Program-made: the position numbers and the translations under genes
Shown here: one piece after another, positions 22,390 to 35,696 of the stretch
Layout of the letters: the number at the start of each line of letters is the position of its first letter
How positions within the stretch are numbered: the first letter of the stretch is position 1
The notes under the pieces: generated by a model
Databases searched by the model: none
Told to the model about the DNA's origin: nothing
The model's input: the letters and a program-made list of their open reading frames with translations, nothing else
DNA from: Diplonema japonicum
Lineage: Eukaryota; Protista; Euglenozoa: Diplonemea
Direction of reading: 5' to 3'
Length of the DNA stretch: 64,000 nucleotides
Assembly (NCBI GenBank): GCA_964019335.1
Contig: OZ025746.1
Span: forward strand, 186,001 to 250,000

Positions 22390-23382
22390 CTAAATCGAAG
22401 GGGCGGTTTTCTCGTCCCAACCCTGCAAGAACGCGGTCCAGTATTTCGTCTTGTTCCCGTTGATCAGACCGGCGATGGGGTCTTGCTCTCGGTTGTCGGG
22501 GGTGCTCCTTCTCTTCTTCTTCGCAACCCTTTTCGGCGACAGCCGCCGATTGTGCACAGACACCAATGAGTTCTGCAACGACGGCACGCTGTATCTAAGC
22601 CCGTCGCACGAGTCCTTTTCAGTGGTAGCATCTGAAGGATGTTTCACAGGAATCCACAGACCATCCGAGTAGTCTTTTTCGGTGGAAAGCTGAGACACGG
22701 TTTCAGACCTAAACTGGCGGTCATTATACGCCTCTTGCGCTTCTCGAGAAGGTGCCTTAGGGAGAGGTGCTTCCGGTGTGGGGGGTGACACCACCATTGG
22801 ACCATCATCATCATCATCATTTTCCTGTACAGATTGTTCTTTTTCCTCTATTTCTTCCTCGATTTCTACTTTCACGTTGATCACGGAGGTTTGAACGGCG
22901 ATTTCCACGCCCATTTCGCCTTGAACACCGATTTCTCTGGTAGACACAGGAGGTTCGATAGAAATTTCCGAAGGAGGGGGTTGTTGTCGCCGCCTGGGTT
23001 GTGACTGGCGTTGCGGTATCAATGGGGCGCCCAAAGGTGGGGGACGGGAGTTGATTTTTTGCATGTACAACAGATGCTCGTGACGCAGCATTGATTGATG
23101 CTCCTTGGATATTTTAGACTTGCCTTCTACACCAATTCCAGTGACTGATGTCCGTCGGCTGCTGAGCATAGAGCCTTCAGAGACTGGTGTGGAGTGCCAT
23201 GTGTTTTCCGATTCCTCGTCTCGCACGCTAGTCCTCTCTCTAAAAAGGAGCGGGCGGGTCGGCGGGGCGGTTGTTCTTGCCGCGTTGCTTGATGCGGACT
23301 CGCTTTTCGTATTTGTAAAGTACCCCCTTCTCTGGCAGAATCCACAGTGCCGAGGCAGGGCACCATGCTGGCACAGTGACAT
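22390..23382 (-). CDS. Hypothetical low-complexity protein with an N-terminal CQH..HCGFC motif
   Basis: 330-aa ORF from MSLCQHG; the upstream part of the track ORF is homopolymer-derived. Confidence 0.65.
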   Translation of the reverse strand: MSLCQHGALPRHCGFCQRRGYFTNTKSESASSNAARTTAPPTRPLLFRERTSVRDEESENTWHSTPVSEGSMLSSRRTSVTGIGVEGKSKISKEHQSMLRHEHLLYMQKINSRPPPLGAPLIPQRQSQPRRRQQPPPSEISIEPPVSTREIGVQGEMGVEIAVQTSVINVKVEIEEEIEEKEQSVQENDDDDDGPMVVSPPTPEAPLPKAPSREAQEAYNDRQFRSETVSQLSTEKDYSDGLWIPVKHPSDATTEKDSCDGLRYSVPSLQNSLVSVHNRRLSPKRVAKKKRRSTPDNREQDPIAGLINGNKTKYWTAFLQGWDEKTAPSI

Positions 23383-24341
23383 TTCTTTTTTGTTTTTGTT
23401 TCCCCCCCCCCCAACTTTTTTTTTTCGTGATGGAAATATTAAAAAAAAAAATGAAATGTTCGGAAAAAAAAAAAAAATGGGGTAACACACACTGCCCTCC
23501 GGGGATAAAGCGAAAAGGAGGTGGGGGGAAGGGGCTAAAACAAAAAAAAGTATTTTTTCTTTAAACCCCCCTTGTACAATAGCAAAAAAAAAAAAAAGGC
23601 CCTCCTTCGAGGCTTCTCGGAAAGCTGTTTTGAATACTCTCAAGAAGTCGTGGAGGCACGTTTTTTTTCTTCTTCTTTTTTTTCTCTTTTTTTTTCTTCC
23701 CCTCGTCCTTTTTTTTTTTTTAAATTTTTTAAAGTTTGTGTTCTCGCCAGCTTTGTGGTCTTAAAAATTGGAATAAAAAAGGGGGGGAAAGTATTAAAAA
23801 AAAAGGAAGAAAAAGGTACATATAAATGAAACGAAACAGATGGGGGGGAAAAGAAAAAAAAAAAGTTATTTATTACCGACGAATTCTAGAGGGTAAGTAA
23901 ATAGGTAATACCCCCCACCATCCCCCCCCCCTTTTTTTTCCCCTCGTCAAACGAGAATGAAATAAAAAAGAGAATTTTATTCTCTCATTCTGGTGTTTCC
24001 TTCCCACCCCTTTTAATATTACTCTTCTATAGTTTGTACTAAGTATGAACGGGAAAAGCTCTAAATCTGAATTTTTTTTTTCATTTTTTTTTTTTTCCCC
24101 GGAAGAAAGTTCCATAATTCATCTAGCCATTATTCCGTTTTCATATAAAGTTCAAATATGGCATTTTCTTTTTTTCTTTTTATAATGATTCGGCACCAGC
24201 TCGGAAGTAAAAGGAAAAAAAAAAAAGAGATAAAAATAATTTTGATGGTCTCTTCCCCCTCTCACCACCACCCCCCCCATATCTTATCCCCCACTCACAA
24301 AGGAGAACTGAAGGTCGCAACACCTTGCCAAAGTGAGGACG

Positions 24342-24397
<56 letters not shown>

Positions 24398-24633
24398 CGC
24401 CTGATCAAAATGAAACCATATCGGGGGTGGGGGGGTATGACCTTGAGGGAGCCTGTAGTAACTTTGAGACACCGCGAAGTAGGGAGAGGTGGGGGGGGGG
24501 GGGGGGGGGGGGGGGGGGCAATTCATCTATTATAACGGAGAACAACAACAAAAAGAAATCGAACGTGAAAACTCACCTCCCTCTTCTCCATTATTTATTT
24601 ATTTTTTTGGAAATTTCCTCTTTTTTTTCTTCT

Positions 24634-27600
24634 TCACATGTCACAAGAAGGCCCTTCTTCTGTTTCTGTCACAACCAGCCCCTCCGTGTCGATGGAGACC
24701 GGGTAGAATGATAGCGCAGCTCCGCCTTCAAACCGTGTCATTGCCTGTTTTTTTTTTTTTCTTTTTTTTCCCCTTCCAAACCTCGAGTTTCGCAGCCATA
24801 TCAGGTTTTTTCGTAATGGCAAGCATGAATCCACCACCACCAGCACCCCCAAGGGCATATCCGTGTATGTGTTCCTTCCAAACAGCAATCGCCTTTTTTT
24901 TTTTTTTTTTTTTTTTTTTGAAAAGAAAAAAAAAAAAAAAAAAACACCTTCGGGACCACCGGCGGTTCAACCCCAGTCCCTGCCATCAGTTTCTTCTGCC
25001 CCCAATATCTCATAACACATTCCCCTATTCTTGGAATATCTTCAGCTTTTATGGCAGAGATTAGATCAGCAGAGGTCCTCCTGAGCTGCTTCACGGTCGC
25101 GACCACATCCGGTAACCGGGCTGCCCATCTACGGAGGACTCCTTGAAGAAGATTCCTGGCGAGCCTAGCACGGCCAGTGTACACCAAGACAAAGTGAGAA
25201 CAGAGTTTTTCCAAAAACGCGGGAGGCACTGTGAGGGTGTCTGTGGACACTTTTAAGGGCAACACCGGTGCGGAATTGCACGATTTCACACCGCCGAAAA
25301 AACCCCCGACCTGGTCCTGCCAACCACCACCCGATGTCAAAAGCTGCTCCAATCTTAACACAGCGTGCACTAAAACGTTTTTATTATACAAACGCCCAAT
25401 AGCGCTTCCAATCGCTGCCAGTATGACCCCTCCTAAAATACTGCTTCCTCCAAGTCCGGATCCGACAGGCAGTGTGGAACAGCTTCTGACCTCCAAACCG
25501 CCTCCCATGTTTAAAAGTTGTTTGTGAAGGGAAGCACCGTGTAGATCAATTACATGGAGGGCTACCAATGCAGCCTTGAGAATAGCCGCGGGGGCTTGGG
25601 GTTGGTTGTAGTCCAGCATCTGCTGTACCTCCGTGACGACCGTTTCTGTTTCATCCGTCCGAAGCTTCAAAATTGGTTCGGACAAACGTCGGCAGTAGGC
25701 TTTCAACGGTTTTGTGTTGTTTACCTTTATGGCTACATTGACCACCAAACCCCCCGCTTCGTAGCTAATAGGCGGTGTGTCGGTCCAACCTCCTGACAAA
25801 TCTATTCTTGCAGGTGCTTCCGCGCGGATCCATACCCCCAACGGCGGCATTGATAATTTCGTGTATGTGATGAACTGTGTCGCGGTATCTACACCACGGG
25901 CTGTGATGACCGCTGCTGCGCCTTCGTAGTGCCGGGCTGCACGGATTAACGATTCTGGAGATCCCAACCATTTTTCACGTTGGATAGACAGGAGTTGGAT
26001 CCATTGTTTTTTGGATTGCAGCGTCCCGTCCCATCTCTGTATTGCGGTGATCGCTGGCAACCATGCTGGGTTTCTTGCAGGGCCTGAACGAAGGCCGCCT
26101 CGTCCTTTAGCGCAACACGCTAAAAAATCAGCTTGTGTGTATAGTACCCGGGCCAGACGGTGGAGATCGACTTCTTCGATGGTGTTGTCGAACAGTTTCA
26201 GGGTTTTTTGTATGGGGGTGATTTTTGACGCTGCCAGCCTGCACAGTTCGGCGTAGACGCACACATCCTTTCCGGAGAGCAGGACGTTTCGAAGTTCGTT
26301 CATATCTATTCTATTGCACAGTTTCATCGTGCTGTGCTGCTCCGACATCCCTTTCAACCGCTGCTCTTTTTCCTCGTCGCTGATTACATCTTTCACCGCT
26401 GTCTCCAATTTGCCGTACTCCTCTTTAGTTAAATTTGTTTCACCGCTGTTTAAGGCGCCGATGGTGGTCCCATCTTCGATTGTCGTGTTTGGTTCCAAGG
26501 TAGCGTGGTAAATCCTGCATCGGTTGCCAATGACGCACCCCTCTCCTATTTCAGAACAATGGATCAATGTTGAGTTTCCGTACGTGACGTTTTCTCCAAT
26601 CCACGATCGAAACACAGCGCTGCCGTTTGTTTTTTCATTTCGAGACGATGCAGGGATGTGCGATGCGTGGGAGGTAGACAGCAGCAGGTCGTTCTTCGTG
26701 AAGTCCACGGTCTGCCGTAACCCCAGCACCCCCTCCAACCATTCCTCCTTGTCCGACGGGTATATATAATAATAAGGAGGAAACGTCGGTATCGCCGCTT
26801 TCAACACCGTTTCCGAAAACGTCCGCACGAGCAGAGACCGCCCCTGCGAATTTAAGTTCGACGCTTTTAAATCGTTCGCTTGACTAGTCTCGCCTCTCTT
26901 AAGATACGCTAATCGATTTTCACAAGCTGATATCAGAACATCTAAGTAAAGATTCAGCCTTGCAGGCGGTGATGCGGAATCGGACCCATAATAAGTGCAT
27001 GCGTCAAACGGGACCTGCGCGTGGAGGCCTAAGAAAGTTTCAGCGGATTTCGGACAGAATCTTACAACCGGCGCCACGATCAACACCTGCCCCCCAAATA
27101 CAGCACCCGCCTCTGTTGCCTTCTCAACCCCGGGTCGGTACAGCACATTGGTGATCACTCCGTTTGGCCCCACCACGTATACCCCGTGATCATTTGCCGC
27201 CGTTACCGGTGCAGGGAGGGCTAATGCTGTTATACCGGGTTGGGGGGTGTACTGTTGGGTGTACTGGGAGAATGGAGATTGGAAGCCGGGGGGTACGTGA
27301 AGCAGCCATTCGGTGGAGCAAACCCAAACCGATGGGCAAGGGTCTGCAATTCGTTGAAGGTTCAACAGCATTAGTTCAGCGTTGGTGATGCCTCCTGTCG
27401 AGAGTGTCGCGGGGGAACCCAACGGGAGAGGGGTAAACGCTTTCCCTAGCTCGGACGAGGCAACGTCGTTGTGCGCGGTCCCGCATAGAAGAACCGCGAT
27501 TTTCCAACCTTCAAAAACATTTGTCATCAGCGACCCTGACTCGTGTCGTATTGAGATATGTTCTGCAACATGGAGGATGGCGTTTAATGTTGCGCCACCC

Positions 27601-27803
27601 GATCCCACGTAAGCCCCCTTTCGGGAGCTGTCTTCTAAGAACGGGTCCGGAACAGGGATGATCAATGTGCCTGAAGAAATCCCTAGTTGTTCGCCCCACT
27701 TCGGCGATTCCACCCTTCTCGCCTCCAGCTGTTCCGTGAAAAATGACGTGTCGCTTTGCCTACCGCTGCTCACCGCTACTATATCCCACATTCCTACATT
27801 CAT
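24634..27803 (-). CDS. FUK: L-fucokinase (fucokinase/GDP-fucose pyrophosphorylase family), 3 exons
   Basis: VGSGGATLNA; GHMP motifs APARIDLSGGWTDTPP, LPVGSGLGGSS, EQLLTSGGGWQDQVGG. Introns 24893-24947 and 24745-24781 restore the GAGGGGF motif and the C-terminus. Confidence 0.92.
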
Positions 27804-28964
27804 TTTTTTTTTTTACCCCTCCTTTTCACTTCCCCTCCCCCTCCCCTTCCTTTTTATTTTTTTTGTTGGGGGGGGAGAGGAGGTGATAAAGGTGTCCTTT
27901 ATTATTAAAAGTAAACAAAAAGGAGAAAAGAAGGTAAGCAAGGATCTTTAAAAAAAGGGGGGGGGGGCAAAAGGGGAGAGCATTTGGTACTGACCAAGTA
28001 CAACAGTCAGGGCGCGCAATGTGTACTATTTGTAGTTAAACGATACACTTTTTTTTTTCTTTGCGGTGGGCTGTGCTGTGTCTGGGATACATACAAAGGT
28101 CAACCTTATTCTTCTGCCTCTTTTTTTTTCTTTCTTTTTGAATGAACTAAAGGCAGGCAATGTCTTGCTGCCCTGTTGAAGGAAAAGAGTAACCCTTAAG
28201 ATCGATCGAGAGAGAGAGAGAGGGAGAGAGAGGAAAACAAAAAAAAATAGAAAAAAAGAAAAAAGAAAATGCCTTTGAAGGAAATCTGCAGTACGTGACT
28301 GGATCGCCTTTAAAGAAGAATTGAACGAGGGCAGTGTTGTTTAAATTGAATTGTCTGAAAAAAAAAAATGAGAAAAAAAAGGAGCAAACCCGAAATAAAA
28401 AAGGAGAGGGAAAGGGAAGAGCAAAGTTGTATTTGAATTTGGAAAAGAAACGTTCGCTGAACACGGATCAAAAATGGTCTAGTACGTATCCGGGAGGGGG
28501 GGGGAGGGAGGAAGGGAGGTCAATGAAAACCACCGTGTCCACAGGTTAGCATCAACCAGGGAAACCACGTGTTTCCATTCCCATTTTTTTTTTAAATCTT
28601 TTTTTTTTTAATACCCTTTTTCTTTTTTTATATCTTCTTAAGAATCTGTTTTTTTTTTTCCCCTTGTCGATAGGTAGTTTGTATATTTCGTTAAAAACTA
28701 GATCTATTTTTTTTTTTATACGGGGTGAAAGGAAAGGGAGAAGGGGCAGCCATGGAGATAGACGCCAAGCACCCCCCCCCCCCCCCCCCCCCGCTTTTTA
28801 TAGAAGAAAAATAAAATAAAAAATAAAATAACAACAACTTCAACAACAATAGTAACATTCACCTATTTCTTCTTTTCTTCCCTGAAGACTGAGGGGCGAA
28901 TGGGTAGTGCCAAAAACATAAAAAAAAAAAAAAAAAAAAAAGACGGTACTGTTGGTTAAATGTT

Positions 28965-29284
28965 CCCTCCCCCCTTTCCCTCTGAGAACAATTTGAAAAT
29001 AAAAACAAAACAAAAAGACGTACCCCGCACACCTGCCCTCTTACAAGTGAAGGGGGCATCCTCGGGAGGAACTTTGCTTGAAAGCAAAGGGGGGTGGGGT
29101 GTTTTTTTTTTTTTTGCTTTTCTTCTTCCAAAAGTTTATCATAAGGGAGAAGGGGTGGGGGAGGGGAGATTCCCCTCCAAAAAAAAAAAAAGAAGGAAAA
29201 AGGAACCAGCATAGCCCCCTCCCTCCCTTTCCATCTGAGAACAATTTGAAAATAAAAACAAAACAAAAAAACGTACCCCGCACA
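28965..29284. repeat. ~65-bp intergenic direct repeat, 2 copies
   Basis: TCTGAGAACAATTTGAAAATAAAAACAAAACAAAAA.ACGTACCCCGCACA at ~28965-29031 and ~29221-29284. Confidence 0.8.
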
Positions 29285-29925
29285 GCGGGGGTGTTTTTTT
29301 CTTCTTCTTTTTCAAATAGTTGTCGCGTGAGAAAAGGGGGGGAGGGGAGGGTGGGGCACTTTTTTTTTTTTTTTTTTTTTTTTTTCCAAGCTTACCCGAT
29401 GGCAAGGGAAAAAAAAAAAAAAAAAGGAGGCCACAGCAACAACAACAACAACAACAACAACAGTACATCCACCTTTCTTTCCTGAAGACGGTGAAATTCA
29501 TAGGGGAAGAAAAAAAAAAAAAAAAAGAGAGACATTTAGAAAAATCAACTATGATAGGAAATGAAGTGGCTAGCAACGGCCTACCGTAGTGGCGTGCCTA
29601 CCTTCTGAAAAAGAAAAAAGAAAGAAAGAAAAAAACACACACACAAATATATATATATTTTTTAAGAGATAAAGGGGGCCAGTGTTGGTCACCCAATCTC
29701 ACACAAAAAAATGAAATGAAAAGGAAATTCGAAAAGCTTCAATGTGCAGAGGACTGCCTACTGAAACTTTATAATATAAAAAAAAAATAATAAGAGGGAA
29801 GGACGGTGCTTCTCCCCACTTTTTTTTTTTTTTTGAACAAAATGAAATTCAAGTGGTACATTACGAATGGTTGAGAAGGGAGGAATTTGATTCATATATA
29901 TCCCAAGGCAGCTTTGGGGAAGGAG

Positions 29926-29958
<33 letters not shown>

Positions 29959-31190
29959 CCGTCTTTTTTTTTTTTTTTTTGTTTCCTTTCGAAGCCTGCA
30001 TAAGGTACATATTTTATTTATATTTTATTTAAATTCGAGCTGGGTTTTCAAGGGTGGGAGTGGGGAAAAAAAAAAAAAAAAATAAGATTTACACTGCACT
30101 TTAAATCAAGAGTGTATAACGCTACATTATGTCACTCCTGCACCTATTTTCAAAGAGCCAACTTGTTAGAACTAACCCCACTCTTTCAAACCCGGCTCTT
30201 ATTAAATAAAACAAAAATATTAAAATTGACAATGAGATTGCATTATGTCACTTGTGGTGGCGGGTGTAACTCGAAAATAATAATGATCATTACTACACTC
30301 GCTTCTCTTCGTGAAGGTAAGACCTCTCGTCGTTAAACCCCTACCCATTCACGTGTGAAATTTATGCAATCTCATTTTCATTTTAATACAGTAATAGTAG
30401 TAGTACAAAAAAAGATTTTAGAGAGGTGTAAGCGATCTCGTATGGATTCACTATTTCTTTTTTTCTTTCTTTTTTTTTTTTTTCCTTTTTCCCTTCCTTA
30501 GCGAAACGAGTTGCATAAGGCGACCACACAACAATAAAAAAAAAAAAAAAAAAAAAAAGTTGTCTCGATTTTAGTGGTGCCATGCAGTATGTGACACAGC
30601 GGCCACCCTTGTGAAACTTCGCCCCGAAGCCTCCCAAGTCCTGTGGTCCCGTAGAAAGTAAAAGTGGAGAGGTAAAGAAAGCTTGGAAAAAAAAAAAGAG
30701 AAAAAATAGAGGTTTCTGTAGTTTATTTTTGGAGCCACTGCCCTAACGCCTGTATCGTGAAACGGGGCAACGGTTGAATATAGCCAACAAAGCATGGCAT
30801 GCCGTAGCTTGCAGCAAGCAAAGTAGCACGGAGATAGAAATTCTTTCAAAAAAAAAAAAAAAAAAAAAGTGGGGAGGGACAACCAAGAAAGTACAATGGA
30901 TTAGATATCAGATGAGCTTTTGTTGGGAAAAGTTCCTTTTTTTTTTTATTATATTTTATTCCGTTCCGTCATCTGTCAAGGAAATACTGGAGAACTGCAA
31001 AAGTGCTGTCACTGCACACCCTACCTTCAGTGCTACTTTGCCGTTTCTTTTTTTTCCCCCTTTTTTTTTCTCCGACAAAGCGGGGGGGGGGGGGAGTGAC
31101 TCAAGTTTTCCAAAAAGTGGCATAAAAAATAATGTTACGTATTTTAATGCTATCCATTTCTCCCCCCACTTCATCTTTTCCTTTTTTTTA

Positions 31191-32939
31191 TCACGCATCG
31201 AAAGTATCACCCTCGTGGAGCTTCAGGTCCAGCCCCTTGCACCTCTGTTTGATCTCCTCAAGCAAGCCCCCTGACCCACAGTAATGAACCTCAGCACCCT
31301 TCGGAGCAGCCTGAAGAACCTCGCCAATCGACAGACGCCCCAACTGCATATCCCTCTTCGGGTGGGACGGGGTGTAGTCAAGAGTGGGCTCCGCCACCGT
31401 CAGGGCAGCATGAACAGTCGTGTTGTGCGCTGGGTTCCTGCACAGCTGGTCCGTGATGAGCTGGAACAGGGGAATCGACCTTGCTGTGTAGTATATCTTC
31501 ACAGGGTGCACTGGGGTGATGTTGTGCTCACGGAGGTGCATCAGAAACTCGACAAGATATGTCCCTCCTGAACCAGATGCGATCAACACCAAAGGAGGGT
31601 TGACACCAGTGTGTGCCAGCAACCCGTGGGTAGCTCTGTATGGGCCCTGTGACTTCACAGAAGTTGCTGAGATGATCTTCTCTGTTCCTGACAGCTTCGA
31701 GGGGGTGCCTTCGAAGACCTGCATGATGACTGTGTAGTCCCATTCAGTGCCACTGGCCTCCTCCACATGTTTTACTGGAGGTAAGGTGTTCTTCCGTACC
31801 ACTTGGCCGCCTTCTTGGATCTGGAACTTGTGTCCCTCCCACGAGGGTTCTTTCTGTTGTTCTTTCCCGATACCTTCCCATTCCTGGCCCTTGTTGGAGA
31901 GGACAGTGAAGGGGTGCCCGTTGAACCACCACACGTCGCCGACCAGTGATTCCGCATATGTGTACTTCGGGTTCCTCTTCAGAAAGACAAGCGTGTACTT
32001 CCCGTCGAGCACAACCGTCTTCACGACATCCAGCTCCGCGACCCTGTACAGGTACCTCGAGAGGATCGCGTTCACCCCCACCACCACGAACAGAGGCATG
32101 TTCAGGACCCATGTGTGTGGGTGGGTCCGCCTCCTTGTGATGTCCACTGTGTACAGGAACCCCATCAGCACGTGAAGCTTCCACGCCAGTGAATACCTGA
32201 ACCGCAGAAACACCTTCGACACTGTGATGGGGATCATGATGCAGAACATGATGGTCATCCCAATGAGCCTCCCGAGGTCGTCCGAGTTGATGCACACAGT
32301 GTTGTTCGCAGTGTCCATCTCGGTGCAGGGCTTTGTCTCTGAGATCGGGAACCTGAGCTCAGACTCATGAACCGTGAGAAACTCAAGGGAGTAAGAGGAG
32401 AAGAAGACAGGGAAGAGAACGGACCAGACGTGGGGAACGGTTGACAGTGCAAGGGTGATGCCGAGGGCCTTGTGGATGCGAAGGTTCGCCTCCTTCCAGT
32501 CCCAAAGAAACACGTATTTCTGAAGAGTTTTGCTCTCCGAGAGGAAGTTGAAGACAACATTCAGAATGGTGACGCAGATCCCCATCAGAGCCGTGATGCA
32601 CAGCCTCCCTGAGATCCTTGCTGTCACATCGTAAAGCTGCACGGTCCAAGGCCCGTCGATGACGTTTCTTTTGTCTGTTCCGTACCCGTCCTTTCCGAAG
32701 GATTCTCGTGGCCAGGAGTTTATCCACAACCTGTCGCACACTGCGATGAGGGTAAACACGATCCATACAACCCAGAAGAGGGTTTCGTACCTCACCCAGG
32801 GTTCCTTCCTGGTAGCTGCGTTGAGGGCGCGGAGGTCGCTCTCCTTGAACGGGCATTCTTGTGAGCTGAGCTCTAGGTGTGCTTCTGTGGTTGGCTCATT
32901 CTGCTGGATGTCCACCTCAGTTCCATAGGGGTGCGGCAT
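31191..32939 (-). CDS. Ferric reductase/NADPH-oxidase-like flavocytochrome, copy 1
   Basis: TM domain with paired His (RIHKALG...VPHVW; KLHVLMG...RTH), FAD motif HPFT, GPY, NAD(P)H motif LIASGSGGT, YCG. Confidence 0.82.
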   Translation of the reverse strand: MPHPYGTEVDIQQNEPTTEAHLELSSQECPFKESDLRALNAATRKEPWVRYETLFWVVWIVFTLIAVCDRLWINSWPRESFGKDGYGTDKRNVIDGPWTVQLYDVTARISGRLCITALMGICVTILNVVFNFLSESKTLQKYVFLWDWKEANLRIHKALGITLALSTVPHVWSVLFPVFFSSYSLEFLTVHESELRFPISETKPCTEMDTANNTVCINSDDLGRLIGMTIMFCIMIPITVSKVFLRFRYSLAWKLHVLMGFLYTVDITRRRTHPHTWVLNMPLFVVVGVNAILSRYLYRVAELDVVKTVVLDGKYTLVFLKRNPKYTYAESLVGDVWWFNGHPFTVLSNKGQEWEGIGKEQQKEPSWEGHKFQIQEGGQVVRKNTLPPVKHVEEASGTEWDYTVIMQVFEGTPSKLSGTEKIISATSVKSQGPYRATHGLLAHTGVNPPLVLIASGSGGTYLVEFLMHLREHNITPVHPVKIYYTARSIPLFQLITDQLCRNPAHNTTVHAALTVAEPTLDYTPSHPKRDMQLGRLSIGEVLQAAPKGAEVHYCGSGGLLEEIKQRCKGLDLKLHEGDTFDA

Positions 32940-33501
32940 CGTTGTTTTGTGTGAATCTGTGGGAGGGTTTTTTTTTTTTTTTAGAAAAGAAAGGAGATGT
33001 AAGAAGAATTATTGCCGAAGAGGGAGGATAAAAAAAAAAAAAGGAGGAGCAGTGATGCTACAGAAGACTGTGCAGAAACATTTAAAGAAAGAAAAGAAAA
33101 AGAAAACTAGTTAGGCGGGAAACGGTTTTGTTTTTGTGTGTACGAACGATATTTTTTTAACCTTATCTTTAAGATAAAAAAAAACCCCCCATTCGCTGCA
33201 CCATCAACTAGTTTCTATAAAACAAAAAAAAAGGGGAGGGGAGAGATAGAAAGGAGAGGGGAAGGGAAAAAAAAAAAAAAAAAAACAATGAAAGGAATTT
33301 TAGAGGTGTTCTAGTGTGGAAAAAAAAATAGTAAGGGAGATGAACGAGAAAAAAAAAAGAAAAAAAAAGATGCGTTCCTATGACGTTCCCCTCTTCTTGG
33401 AGCGGAGGGGGACCCCCCCCCCCCCCCCCCCCTGCAGCCCACAGCTTCTTGTGTGGCTGCGCCGTCAACGAGACTTTTTCTTTTTTTTTTTTATAACTAT
33501 T

Positions 33502-34075
33502 TACTAAATAAAAATCAGATTACCTGATTTTTACGAGGAATTTTTTTTTCCACGAGTAGTTGAATTTCACGAGCGAAGCGAGTGAAATTCAAAAAAAACG
33601 AGTGAAAAAAAAAAATTCCGAGTAAAAATCTGGCTGATTTTTATTTAGTATGATATTTTACTTAATTTTTGTAAAGTTAAATGAGGAAATTTCGGACACT
33701 GTGAACCCTTTATGTTCACTTCTGCGAAATGTTCACACTGATGTCAGGACTAAGCCTGAGTGCCTGAGAAGAGGATGTCAAATTGACAGAATTCTGTAGG
33801 TTTTGTGTAATTTGTGTCGGCACTTGATCATCGCTCTTCAGAAACTGCTGGTTTTGCGCGGGGGTCCTGACCTCTGACCTACGGCGGTGTTAGCGGCCAG
33901 ATGCAAAAAATGAAGACGAATACCGAAAAAGCCCGAAAATTGCTCAGAGTAAAAATCAGATTTTACTTTACATTTACAGCACTTTTTTAAGCCAGATTCG
34001 GCCTATTACTTTACCTTTATTCTTCACTTTACATTTACTCGTGAACGGTAAAGTGATTTCTGATTTTTATGGCTC
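33502..34075. mobile_element. Putative non-autonomous foldback element with a GCGAAGC-capped hairpin
   Basis: Imperfect 149-bp hairpin 33502-33650 (TACTAAATAAAAATCAG...CTGATTTTTATTTAGTA; apex TTGAATTTCACGAGCGAAGCGAGTGAAATTCAA) and a second hairpin 33947-34070 sharing the TAAAAATCAGA motif. Confidence 0.5.
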
Positions 34076-35091
34076 TTTATAAATTTCCTCATGTAACTTT
34101 ACAGAATTAAGTAAAAAAGAAAAAAAAAATTGTGTCTTCTAAGTCGCCAGCAGCGCTTCAAAAGATACACCCGGTCTGTGCCATAGAAGAAGCAAATAAA
34201 AAGTGGAGGAGAAAACCACTCTGAGTTGGCTTTCTGGTGATTTTGTGCTTTGACCCCCCTGGCTTTATACATAAGGAAGGGGGGGGGGGGGGGAAGAGAG
34301 GAAAGATCGAAGAGCACACCTACCAGTGCATTTTTTTTTTTTGAATTTAACAAATAATAAATTGAGTTTTTTTTTTTTTTTCTCTCTCTCTCTCTCTTTT
34401 TTTTCATTACTTTTTTTTTGCATAATGAACAAATAACGCACACTTGTAACTGCTAGTTATCAACAAAAAAAAATGTTGTAATTTTTTATTTTTTTTTGCA
34501 TTCTCTTTTTTTGTTTCTTAGGCAAGACGCTGGTGGCCCTTAAGGGGCACGTCCTGCCTGAGGAGAGCAACTCGGGAGCAAAAATGAATCGGGTAATATT
34601 CTGTTCATTATACAATAAAGAAAAAGAGAGAGGTTTTCGCGCTCACCAGGTAGTCCTGCGGCTTCAAGAAAAAAAAATAATAGGGGACAAATATAGAATT
34701 AAAAGATGGGAAAGGGGGGGGGGGGGGGGGCAAGGGAGAACCTCCATTTTTTGTAGAGTTCTTGCAAAAAAAAAAAAAGAAATTGGGTTTTCGAAATAGT
34801 TTTCGCCATTCTTCTTTAACCCTGGAACTTATGGAGCGAAGCGAACCTCGGCTCATGGCTATGGCGGTGATAACCTGACTTTTTTTTTTCTCCTCAACCT
34901 CGCGGTGAATAAAAAAAAACCCCCCAAAAAAAAAGTTGCAAAATTTAATTCACTATTTCGTTGCGAATAAAGTAGCTTTTTTTTTTTTCTTGCAAGATTT
35001 GTCCAAACAAAAAAAAAAGGGAAACCCTTGACAATGTTTTTTTCAGGCTACAAACTTCTCCAGTTCCAGCACGTCTAAACAAAATCTTCCC

Positions 35092-35122
<31 letters not shown>

Positions 35123-35696
35123 GTAGTGCCCAGAAAAAAAAAAATAGAGAAATAGAGGATATCCCTCTTGTGTCAAAGTTGTTCGAAATGGGGGGAAAAA
35201 AAGAAGAAGAAAAAAGAAGTTTAGAAAGTCATTTCATTTCTGTTTTTTTTCTTCTTTCCTTCTTTTTTTCTTTCTTTCTTTTTCCTTAATTTTTTTTTTT
35301 CGCCGCAACTTTACATAGATGATAAAAGAGAATTGAATTCTGTGGTTTTCTTCTTTTTTTTTTTCCATTTTTTTTTTCTATTGAATTGGTTGTCAACGAA
35401 AGTCCGCCTTCCCCCTGCCAGCCGTCACTTGCAGGAGGGAAAAAAAAAAAAAAAAAACTACAGAAAGACAACAAAAAAAAAAGGGAGGGTTCGTTTCATA
35501 ACGTCAATATCACTAAATCACTTGGTTCCCCTCCCCCGTTATGCCCTTATGGTAGTTCCTTGCGGTCTTTGGCCCTGCTGGCCCAACAAAAAAAAAAAGG
35601 AATAGATAGGGCTGAGACAAGAAACAGAAAGTAGAGAATAGGTATAGATGAGAATTCAGCTAAGTAATTATCTTTACTGGATCAAATTGACTAGGC

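Noticed and set aside
27810-31190. Many poly-K/poly-F/poly-G ORFs in intergenic DNA throughout the window
   Set aside because: Translations of homopolymer tracts, not genes.
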